This document shows positions 1 to 12,300 of a stretch of DNA of 64,000 nucleotides, in pieces. The stretch is from Asterias rubens (Eukaryota). The stretch is taken from assembly GCF_902459465.1 (NCBI RefSeq), contig NC_047074.1, positions 3,348,001-3,412,000 of the forward strand, in the 5' to 3' direction. Under the pieces are notes generated by a model. It was not told the origin of the DNA and did not search any database. It saw only the letters and a list, made by a program, of their open reading frames with translations. The stretch's first letter is position 1. Each line of letters begins with the position of its first letter. Made by a program: the position numbers and the translations under genes.

Positions 1-569
1 TCATACACAATGCAATTGTCTTAAAAAAACTGCGTCACATAAACAATGTGGAATCAAAATACAAGTTGTGTGCCCTTATACACACCACCTTATGGTGACT
101 TTAAAGAAAAGAACAATGCTACTCCACAAACTTCTTTGTTCAAGTGATACCCCCAACAAGAAATTTTTCAGAAAAGGGAATAATTAATAGAACGACGATA
201 CCATGACCCCACATAACAGATTCGTAAGGGTGGGTGACCATGTACTTTGCTCAAAAATCGTGGACCCGTTCTACAAAAGGGAGAACATGCATCCTCCTTA
301 GAAAAACAAAACGAACGTCTTCGGTGGAGCCGGAAGGTTGACAACGCCCTTCGGATTTTGCAAGACACGCAGGTATCCCTCCGATCCCTCCCGAGTCGAA
401 CGGAGACCCATATTTCTGACCGCTATATGCGATGGGTCCAAGGATTTCGCTCTGATTATAATCAACACCGTGTACCCGGCAGTTGAAGGACTTAAGTCCG
501 GTCTGGGACTCCCCCTCGTTGGGGAGGACTCGGACAACAGGGACTCGACGAGCGGGGAGGACATAATAT

Positions 570-830
570 GACCCAAAACACGGTACTCGACTACAGCACT
601 TCGCTCGGCCCCAGCGGCCAGTCAATCCAGGACCGCTGGGATGGGCTAACCGCTTGCACAGATTCTTGTTCAGGAAGTACGTCATGCGTACAGTGCATAG
701 AAATATGGTGCAGCGTGAGTGTGATGCATGATGGGACTGCGCATTATTAAACCAATGACAGTGCATGATACGTTTGCCCATCCCAGCGCCTTTGGTTAAA
801 GCAAGGCGCTGGGGACGAACGAACTACAGT
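570..830. promoter_or_regulatory. CpG-rich promoter-like region with an ETS/CRE-like composite site (CAGGAAGTACGTCAT, 671-685) flanked by two inverted hairpin motifs
   Basis: Local GC/CpG enrichment in AT-rich surroundings and a visible motif. No associated gene was identified with certainty. Confidence 0.35.
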
Positions 831-2329
831 GCTACATTATACACCCGCAAGGTTGACAAACTATTTTTCGTTCCATTCTAGATTTCATTACATTGAGTTG
901 GATTATTTCCTTCCTCAATGGTTGGATGCACACGGTGCGCAAGTTGGAAAATAATCTCTTTATAAATAACTGTTCTCAAACACTTGGTATAATATAATTA
1001 GTTTATTAATGACACATTTTGTAAGAATTTTATTTTTAATCGAGATTCATTTTGGTTAGTACAAAACATATTAAAATATTACAGTACTGTTTAAATAATT
1101 TGAAAAACATGAGCAACATTTACATATATAATTTCCTCAGTTGTTTTGTTCGCTCTACATATTTTACATTGAAATAATGCCGATATATACGGAACATGTT
1201 TTGTAAAAACTACAAAAAATTTAATCAACCCTTTTTTAAACCATTGAAATATCTTCTTAAAATATTCATAAATGAAGCTATAGCCTATGAGTCCTCTATT
1301 GCGAACATAAAAATGTAATATTTCGTATTAACTGAAATCATGGTAAATTCTAAACCACTCGTTGAAAATTTTCCTTTGAAAAGTTAAGTAAATTATATGA
1401 AAGGTTATACAAAAAGGGCGATTATTGATACAGGCATGATATTTGGATGGGGGGGGAATGCATTTAGAATAGTAAGGGTTGACCTAAATATACCTGCACT
1501 TTAGCATTAAATAAACTTAAAAAGCTATTTAGCACAACAAATTTGAAATAATAAAAAAAAAAATCAGACTTACTTAGAAACCATAATCTAAGCCTGGCTT
1601 ATAATGTGCTCAGACAAATACTGGGCTAGTAAAGTTGACTAAGTAGAAACGTTTTTTGGAAGAAAAAGGTTACAAAATTCAGCTTTGTATAAAAAAAAAC
1701 GATAAATTTAGGACATGCAGTGGTAAATGCTACAGGTTCTAGCTTTCCTATATCATGCTCCCAGACGAAGCTTAAGTTTTGAGGTTGAGTATCCTGAACT
1801 ATACTGTCTGTCAATATCAATTAATTCACTAAATTGTGGTTTCAAGCAGGAAAATGCACTTTTGCCAATTTAGTATCTGAAGGCCTACATAAATAGTTGA
1901 ATGCCTGAATTTCAAATTGCTGGGTAAACTTGTTGAAAGTTGTAGAAGCTTTAACACACTTTTCAGGATATTTCATCAACATTTTCCTGACTTTTTCTCT
2001 GGGCAAAAAAATCGGAAATCAGACTGAAAAAGGAAAAACATCGTGTCCGATATGAGTAGTTATAATGAACTGATAAGAAAAGCTTTAAACAAGTATCATG
2101 TTTTTTTGTTTGTGAATAGAATCAGTTGTGAGGCAATTTTCGTGGTTGCCGGAATAACCGAAACAAGTCATTTAAGCAATTATACATACATACATGCAAA
2201 AATGTTTTATATACCGCCATTTCATCAAGACCACAGCGGTTTGTGATGAAACAGAGAAACAAATAAACGATGAGACAAAATGCAAGTTAAACCAAACAGC
2301 AAAACAGTCATTGTGGAAACAGGTGTGAT

Positions 2330-2620
2330 TTCAGATGCTTCTTGAAAATATGAAGTGAATCAGCAGAGTGCAGAGATGGGGGGGAGACTTTTCCAAAGAT
2401 TAGGAGCGGCAAAAGAGAAGGATTTGTCAGCAGCTGAAGCAAGAGATCTGTGGTTTATTTTGTGTTCGACAAGACGGGTAGCGCGTATGATGACCGCAAG
2501 CGACTCTTTCGGTGTGTACAAAACAAAGCACGATTTTAAATATGCTGGGCCAAGATCATTAAGGAATTTGAGGAAGTTCTGGCGACCCACCAGTTTAGCA
2601 TTCATGCCCTACATTTGGTT
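2330..2620 (-). mobile_element. L2/CR1-clade LINE 3' fragment
   Basis: Translation YTPKESL...DKSFSFAAPNLWKSLP matches the C-terminal RT-region motif YTPxRxLRS...RAFSxAAPxLWNSLP. Confidence 0.75.
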
Positions 2621-3350
2621 CATGACTGCCATTTGTCATATTTAAAAAACAAGATAAATTATGTAGTAAACAAAGCAACCAGAGTACAAGATGGCACAAT
2701 ATCGATTCAGCAAAAAGAACTTAGAAAACAAAAATAATTAAGACAATTTTAAAAACAAAATAAAAGCATAAAATCTAATCACAATGTAAGCTTTAACAAA
2801 ACCGAGCAGTAAACAAAATACTGCAAACAAGTTCCTGATTTTCAGCTTCGTTCATGATTTCGCACTTCCATCATGTCCATGGAAACAAAGAAGCATTAAA
2901 CACAAAATCTGTGAAATTTCAAACAAATATAACACTTCTAAAAAAGCTTTTTAATTGATGGTTTTTTTTTGCTGTACTAGATTTCAATTTGTTTGTATCT
3001 GTTGTCGCAACGCTTTCCAGATCTGGTTACAGACCGTTCTGTGATTTTGTATGGTTTTTTTTTTGCAATTCTGGGTCTTTTGCCCTGTTATTTTATATTA
3101 GGGGTCTTGTGTCATTACTTGTGCAATTTAATGTTTTCTGTGTTTTAGTCGAATTACAATATATCCCAAAAGATAAAAAACAAACACAACCGTAAAAAAC
3201 ACAATTTCTTTATAAAAAAAAGCAATCTCAATGCTTTCTTGGGTATTTCTTTTTTAAATGTTGCACCTAATGTGGAATGTACCAACTTCACCCTGGATAA
3301 AAATGGGTAGAGAGTCACAGTTGACTGACCTTTGATGACCTTTGATGATC

Positions 3351-6300
3351 TCATGTGGCATACCAGCCTTGTGACCTTCGGACAGCCTTCATCCACTCCT
3401 TGCAGATCGGTTCATAAGATTCTAGAGCAGGTCGAGGGTCAAAGATCGTCTGGCTGACACGCAGCGAGACTAGCTCCTCTTTGCTCTTCCAAACGCCTGA
3501 CATTGGAAATTATGGTAAATGGAATTCACGTTAATAACAATAATAATCGTAAGTTCTTTTTTAAAAATTTCACAGTAACATCTCAATGCGCTTTACATAA
3601 GTGTCCTGGGGTGGATTTCACAAAGAGTCTTACATATCTCGAGTTAGGCTGAATTATTCGTCCTAACTTAAGACTAGCTTTAAGTTTTTTAATTATCTCC
3701 TAGGACTAATCCTTAGTTAGGACCAGTCCTAAGTTCTTAAGTCCCATTAGGTCTGAAATCAACCCCTGGTCATTAGGCCATAAACATTCCTGTCTCAGCT
3801 CGAGCCCTGTGGAGTGTAAAGCTAAGCCCCATGCAAAGACGTGACCAATTTAAAAAGGAATCGCATCAAAATACTTTTGCATACTAGGTGTCCCATAAGC
3901 GCCATAAAAGTGCTAACAAAAAATATATGTGACTTTTTGGAGTCAATCAGCGTTGCTTTTTCAATACAATGCTACCATGGGTTGGTGACGAGTGTTATCT
4001 ATACGGCACACTGCCCATGGTAGCGAGGCTAGGTCAATGGTCATGGATGAGGCCAAAGTTCATGGATGAGGCCAAAGGTCATGGATGAGGCCAAAGATCA
4101 GGGATGAGGAAAGTTTGGCAGGGGGTTACGAGAGAAACTTAGTCTCACCTGCTCCAAGCCCAGCCAGAAAGGCTACCCCAAGACAAGACATATCCAGGTT
4201 TTGCGGTCGGTCAATCTTCTGGACGAGTAAACTGGACACCAACTGGAGGATGAAGTCATTATTGCTAACCCCTCCATCGAATCTGAGTAACGATATTGGT
4301 ATTTACATTATTCATTATGCTAAAGATGCATTTAGGAACTTCCGAGTTTGGTCGCGAACATTTGTTAAGATGTACATCCTTTCCACAGAGTGGGTGTGTT
4401 AACATTTTAAGTGGGTCTTTAAACTTAATGGATGAGCAGTTAAAGGCAGTGAACACTATTGGTAGTTACTCAAACTAATTATTAGCATAAAACCTTACTT
4501 GGTACAGAGTTATGGGGAGAGATTGATAGTATAAAACATTGTGAGAAATGGCTCCCTCTGAAGTGACGTAGTTTTTGAGAAAGAAGTAATTTTCCACGAA
4601 TTTGTCTTCGAGACCTCAGATTTAGAATTCAAGGTCATGAAATCAAGCATCTGAAAGCACACAACTTCGTGTGACCAGGGTGTTTTTTCTTTCATTATTA
4701 TCTCACAACTTCAGACAACCAATTGAGCTCAAGTTTTCACAGGTTTTTTGTTTTATGCATATATGTGGAGATACGCCAAGAGAGAAGACTGGTCTTTTAC
4801 AATTACCAATAGTGTCCAGTGTCTTAATCTGCCTGGGGCAGTCAGCAGCCCTACAGGTTTGGGCATGATTCAATTATATCCACTGTTTGGAAATGGAAAT
4901 ACACGCAGACAACATGTGTTAGTGGCAAGACAAAAAATGTGTTTTATTCTGCTCTTTTTAACCCTTTGGTGCACAAATAAATTAAACAAACAAAAAGTGT
5001 GTTTTTCTCAACATTTTTTGATAGCACCCTCTGTTGAACATCACACCAAAGGAAAGCTTAGCAATCACTCTACAAAACCAGATGAGTGCAGTATATATGG
5101 GGACTGTAGTTTTTAAGTTATGACTTTTTATAAAAGTCCAATTTGACGAGTTTTTTGTTGTCGCTAGCAACCGCCTTGTACACCATAGGGTTAATGGAGT
5201 TTTCCCAAAATGGTATTGAGGATTGTACTGGTATGAACTGTTCAATCAGTAGGCTTTTGGATCAAAGCTTAAAATAATAGTAATAATAATAATAACCCGT
5301 TTTTCACACCCGAAGGGCATCCAAAAGTGTTCACATTATTAACCCTGGTCACTTGGCCTTAATTCACTCCTTAAACCATCTCAGCTCCCTGGTGGGGAGT
5401 ATACAGCCTTGTGCAACATTAAATATGCGCTACTCGGCTAAATCAATCATAAGAACCACCTCTACCCTCGCAGGTACCCGTTTATACCCCTGGGTGGAGA
5501 GAAGCAATTATAGCAAAGTATCTTGCTCAAGGACACAAGTGTCATGACCGGGATTCGAACCCACACTCTGCTGAACTGAAGTTATCCATCCTTCCTTTTT
5601 AGCATAAAATCAAGTTATAATGAAGCTATAAATAGTGAAATTCAAAAAATGTTTTACCTGATTATAGGTCTGAGTTTGGTTCCACTTTGAGTCTTGGCAA
5701 TATTGTAGAGTTGAACGACCCTGTTAAAGGTGTGGAAGACAATGAAGTGTGTATTTCAAAATGTGTAGGTAGATGACAGCAGGTTTTAGAAATGTAGGCC
5801 TAATTAAACCAACCTAAGCAATACTTATGATGAGAAAAAACAAATTATCAAAAAGTATCTTTTAAGTATTGGGTTGATTAAGGAAATCAAATTAAGATCA
5901 AATGCGCAAGATGTTTAAAAAGCTTTATAAAAATACAATACATTAGACCTAACTTTTCCGACCCCATCAAAATCCAACATCAGGTTTTGTTTGATTCAGT
6001 TGGAATATGGACAGCACTAAAACGATAATTAAGTAAATCAAACTAAGATCAAATACACAAAATGCTATGCTTTAAAAATACAATACATTAGACCTAACTA
6101 TTCCGAATTATCAAAATCCAACATCAGGTTTTGTTTGATTCAGTTGGAATATGGACAGCACTAAAATTACAATTATGTAAATCAAATTAAGGTCAAATGC
6201 ACAACATGTTGAAAATGCTTTTTTTTTCAAATACAATACATTAGACCTAACTATTCCGACCCGTCACAATCCAACATCAGGTTTTGTTTGATTCAGCACT

Positions 6301-9300
6301 AAAATCACAATGCTTTACATCAAAAGAAGCATAACACCACAGGCAGACACCGCCTACAGTAATGTCAGACTATGTAAGAGTGACAAAGAATTATTCCTAG
6401 TAAATTACCCAATATACACGTAGAGTTATTTTTTTTTATGAACACTCTACTTTTAAATGAACACTCTACTTTTTTCAATGTCTCAACAACCCCAGAAGAA
6501 GAATTAAAACTGCAACAAAAGTACAAAAACAATCACAGCTGAAAGCCAACTGTTTTACAGTTAAAGTGGCAATTTAAGTCCTGTGGAAACAAACAAGCTG
6601 ACAAACAAATTATTAACTGCAAATCAGTAAGTAAAAATGGTTCACATTTCATGCATATATCACATACAGAAACAAGTGTCAAATTTATATGCACACATAA
6701 GCATATATAGTAGGCCCTACAAGTGTAAATAGAAAAGACGAAATACGACAAAGAAGAACAGCAAACAACATATCTTAAAAGAGGGTGGAATATGTTTGAG
6801 TTTTTGTCTACATCAATATTAAAATAGACACAATACGTCACATCAAAAATGCACACTGAATATTACTGCACAATTTTACACATCAATAATGAAATATACA
6901 AAACATAAAAAATAACAAGCAACATATCGTAAACGCAGGTGGAATATGATAGAATATGTCAACAAAAATAGGTAATAGAGACAATACATCACATCATAAA
7001 AACACATTTAATACTATTGAATGCTTCTTCACATCAATAATAGAAATAAACAAAAGTCACAATAGCAAGCAACATATATATTTGGTTGAATATAGTTATT
7101 TCCAGAACAACAAAATATACATATCATAAAAGCAGACTGAATATGATTGAGTTTTGTCCAATAGAAATACCCATATTCCGCAATATAAATAATCACACCA
7201 CAAAAGCAAGTTGGATATGATTGATGGGGGGGGGGCATGGGTTTGAACTCCACCTGGAATTACCTGGAAATTTTGTGTGCAATAAATACATTTAATACAG
7301 TTATACAGAGGACCAATCAAGCATCAATGGCCCCCTGAACACTTTGTGTACAATCAATAACTATTATACAGTCATGCAGAGAGGACCAGTCAAAAATCAA
7401 CGGTCACCCAATCACTCAATGTGCAATTCATACATTGAACACAGTGGACCAGGGGAAATATGGACATGGGTCTGTTAAAAAACCAACAGTTTATGGCCAA
7501 TAACTCATAAGGGACCGGGGACCAGTGAAAAATCAATGGTCGCCTGAGCACTTAATGTGCAATTCATACATTTAGCACAGTCATACAGTGAACCAATGGA
7601 AATATGGACAGGGGACTGTTCAAAAACAAACACTATATGCCCATTAACTTCATTTAAAACAGGGGACTACAGGGGACCAGCCAAAGATCAATGGTTACCT
7701 GAATGCGATTGCTTCTAAGGCAGCTCTGGCTATGTGGGCTGGCGTCGTTGTGGGTTTGAGCCCCATCAGACAACAACAGGCGCTAAAATCATTAATTGGT
7801 GACTATGGGAAAACAAGAAAAGGGGAGAGAGGGGGGGGGGGGAAGAGCAGAAAAAGAAAAAAAACAATGCTATGTCAAAGAATGGCTTCCAAATATTTTA
7901 TACGGCATACACCAAAATACAAATAATTATAGTACATTCACAAAAAAGTACAATCAGTTCCAAACAAGACCAAAGAAAGAAAAAAAGGGAGGGAAAAAAC
8001 AGAAGCAATGATATAACCAATATGTTTAAATATCCTTAATGGCATAAAAATACAAATATAGTACACTCCTAAAAAGTAAGATAAAAAGTTTCAAACACAA
8101 ATTAATAATTAAAAACACAAATAGCAATTAGCGGTATGCACGTGCAGAAGCCAAAATTCCCCACTAACCCATGCTATACAGTAACTTGACGCAAGTATGT
8201 AACTCCCTACTTCCTCTAGCGCCGTTTCTTTGCTTACAGTAAGCAAAGCATTGAAATTGGGTCGAAGTAGGCATGGTAGGGACTGAAATTCCAATGCAAC
8301 TGCGAGGCTCCAGTCTGAGGTGAGATTCAAACCAGGGCCCAATTTCATAGAGCTGCTAAGCACAAAAATTTGCTAAGCATGAAATTTCTTCCCTGATAAA
8401 AACAGGATTACCAGCCAAATTTCCATTTGTTACGTAGTGCTTGTTACTGGTATTCAGCTTTTGTTTGCTTTAAATCCTGAAAATTACATGGAAATTTGGT
8501 TGGTAAACCTGTTGTTATCAAGGAAGAAATTTCATGCTAAGCAAATTTTTGTGCTTAGCAGCTCTATGAAATTGGGCCCAGGCTTCATAGAGGTGAAATG
8601 TAGGAATGGTAGGGAAAGTAACTACTGAGATAACTCGATCTGTGCATAAAGATGCTTACCTGTAGGCCGTGGAAAGCTGGGACGAAACAGACCCCTCCTG
8701 AGTCCTCAACTGAGTTGACGACCTCTACTGATTTGCCTGGGTCTTCATAGAAACCTTTGAAAAAGAGAAGGGTGAAAGTATAATAATAACAATAATTATA
8801 ACACCCCTTGCAAGTATTCTGCCTGCTCATTGGTTTAGAGCGCGTCACATGACATGTCTTAGTTTCGCTAGACGACGGCCGTGTGATAGTGCGTCGGTTT
8901 GCCATGCGCTAGTCCGAAGACTAGGGCGCCGTGCGCTAGTCCGACAGACTAGCACACGGCGTGCAGTACCCAGACGTCCGTTGCGTGTACGAGGATGATA
9001 AATTAATAGTCTGTAACCATTTCGGATTGCACGACACTACATGCAACACAGTAAGTAAAAGTGTTTGCAATCTGTATTCGCGTCGTCCATGGATTGTAGC
9101 ATTCAGGTCTGTAACTTAATAATAATAGTACAGTATTTAGAAATGTTTGGGGTGTTATAAAACAAATATTGACTGCTTTTTTTACTCATGCAATGGTTAA
9201 AAACTATGACTCCCTTGGTGATCCCCGGAGCGTTCAATTTTCCCGAGGCGAAGCCGAGGGAAAATAGAACGCTCCGGGGATCACCTCGGGAGTCATAGTT

Positions 9301-12300
9301 TTAACCATAGCACTCGAAGCAGTCAATATTTGTATACTAGACGAATACAAAGGTGTTCCGTGCTTTTCTTTGATTAAGCACTAATGTAATAACAATAATA
9401 ATAATAGACCGTATTGAATATTACGTCACGGGGCTCAAATATCTGACCTACAAGATGGCGTCTGTGCGTGGTGTGCGTGTGTGTGTGCGTGCATGTGCCG
9501 TAGAAATCAAACCGGGAAGGTTGCGTGCTGCTTGCTTCGATGATGTACGCGTTTGGACGCGCATACGGTTTGCCCTACAAGATGGCGACTTTTCATAGCA
9601 AAAAGGGGTAATTCAATACAGTCTATAATGGGTTATTATATAGCATTTTATCACACCAGACGGTGTATCAAAGCGCTCAGTACTGGTTTCCTACAAGGTA
9701 TGTGGAGCTACATTTGTGAAGTATCCGACATGTTTCTTTACAGCACCATGCAATGGGTTTACTGGCGCAATATATGCTGTTGATAAAAAAAGAACACCAG
9801 CAAACCCCTTCTCCTTTTGATAAGTGAACTGGGTTCTTTTTCATGCATTACCCGTCCGAAGGTTGGAAGGATGCATCAAAAATGGTTAAGTGTCTTTCTT
9901 CAGTGCCAAAACCAGAACTCAAACCCAACACTCTGCTGATCGGAAACTCAGAGCTTGAGTTCGGTGTCCTTAGTTGCCCGACCCGCTACGCTAGAAGGCC
10001 ATACATCACAAGGCCAGACGGCCACATCAAGGCGAGGGCTACACTTTGGGCTAACACATCAAATCAACTGCCACCAGGGGCATGTTGCCACCTACCTCTG
10101 GAATTACAAACATGGTTACCCCCTAAACATTCCATAAGGATAAAGGCATGGGAATCAAACACTAGGAGCCTGGTTCGTATTGACCCCTTGCACACACGCC
10201 AAATGCGGCGGCTGTGCCACGTTCACCATTTCTGGAGGTCATTAGGTTTACGTGTAAACGCTGCGTGTCACCTAAAATGCGCACTTTACTGAATAACGCA
10301 CGTTGACATTGACCACCAAAATGGCGCATCCAATGGCGAATATGGTCAATAGCAGAATGCAGTACTGCTTCTCTTAACCCAGACTTGGATAATTCTTACC
10401 CATTTTTAAACTCCACTCAATAACAGTCCCTGCATCTGAATCATTACACTCCAGCAGATAAACTGTCTCCTTGCCCAACTTCCAACCCACGATGGGATAA
10501 ACTCCTTGAAAAACAGAAGAAACAAAATATTAAGTAGGATTTGAAACTTTGCATGGTGGGAGTGTAGTAAGGTGAGGTTTGTGGTAGCACGATGTGTAAA
10601 TCTCTTTTGAGTAGTGTTTGTGAAGAACCTGTGGATGACAACTCAACAATTCGATCAGTATGCTCTCATCTTCTTCAAAAAAAAAGCTGAGTTGTCAACT
10701 AGTGGTTCTTTTTAGAACCAACACTACTGGAAAGAGATATACACATGGTGCTACCGCAAACCTCACCTATATAAAATAACAGAAAAACGGATTTGTTGAT
10801 GGAAAGACCGAGCAATTATGGTTCAGTGTCTTGCTTAAGGGCCAAGTGCCACAACCAGGACTCGAACCTAGACTCTGACAATAGCAGAACGTGTGTTTGG
10901 TGCACAGGACCGCTTAGCCACAAGGTTTGGGTTATCCGAAGGAAAAAACGTTTGAGCTGAAAACAACTTCAAAAGATTCCTCACATATTAAAAATGATTC
11001 ACTAACTTGAGGAAGTATGCTTTCCTACCATTACATGGAAGACATGGTCTACTGCCAGTGTTGAGTATGAGGAAAGTTCCCGTTCCCATGGTGACCTTGA
11101 TATCACCTTCTTGGAAGCAACACTGTCCGAAGGAAGCACTCGACTGATCACCGACCTAACATAATGAAAAACAACAACATAACAATATATTAATAAATAG
11201 TTGCAGTACTGTAGTACACCCACGGTTAACACATAGAATTTGAACTGCCTCTAGCCACTGGGCTGGGCTAGCTTGGTGGCCCAGACACTGCTCTAGTACG
11301 GTGTAGTAAAGAAAAGGTTGTAGGTTCAAATCATAGAGTTATATACACAAACTAGAGGGAGCACTGGCCTATATACGCGACCCGGCATGCGCGCGTACCT
11401 TCCCTTTAACTCTTTCAATCTTCAGGGGCAAGATTCAAAAGTTGACAAAAAGAACTGAAACTAGTATCCAAACTTAAGTAGGTATATTAAAAAGACAGTA
11501 TTTCAACCTTTTAGTAACCAGATGAATTTAACAATTAAATGAGCATTTGGCAATGACACTTTGTATCCCCAAGGTTTAGGGAAGTAGATCAAAGAGCATG
11601 GTTTATTTATATCTGAAATCATTTTTAGACGATACAACCATTTCCCACTGACACACAGTTAATTTCTTTTGACATCTTACCACAGCTTTAATAGGAATTG
11701 GTGCACCAAAGACTTCCGGATCACACAGCCCATAGTCATCACTGTCAATAACAACAAATGAAACAACAACACGAAAATGTTATTTTGCATAGCCTTTAAA
11801 GGCACTGGACACTCTTGGCAATTACTCAAAAGAATTGTTAACATCAAAACAAACTTGGTAACAATAAGACTGACATGTACTTACCTAGTGTCTTTAACCT
11901 CTGGCATGATATTGAGGGGAATCCCCAAGTATCCAGTGTGAATGGTGTTCCAGTCATTCTAGATTTAAAAAAAAAAACGTTTAAAGGCACTGGACACTAC
12001 TGCTAATTACTCAAAATAATTGTAAGCATACAAACTTACTTGGTAACAAGCAATAGAGAGCTGTTGATAGTATAAAACGTTGTGGGAAACAGCTCCCTCT
12101 AAAGTAAGGTTATTTTCGAGAAAGAAGTAATTTTCCACTAAAACTGAATTTGATTTTGAGACCTCAGAATTAGGTTTTGAGGTCACGAAATCAAGCATCT
12201 GAAAGCACACAACTTCGTGTGACAAGGGTGTTTTTTATTATCGCGCAACTTCAACGACCAATTGAGTTCAAATTTATACAGGTTTGTTATTTTGTGCAGA

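Noticed and set aside
251-781. 176-aa minus-strand ORF and the overlapping 92-aa ORF (298-576)
   Set aside because: No recognisable domain and no convincing splice pattern. It could be part of a first exon of a gene leaving the window, but I cannot support a call.
4510-4695. Recurrent ORFs of the type [13 protein letters not shown]... (also at ~12007, 13500, 31385, 54139, 55576)
   Set aside because: These are chance frames inside the same non-coding MITE; the frames differ between copies and have no transposase motifs.
9843-10292. 149-aa ORF in GK5 intron 12
   Set aside because: It spans SINE and other repeat fragments and has no coding features.
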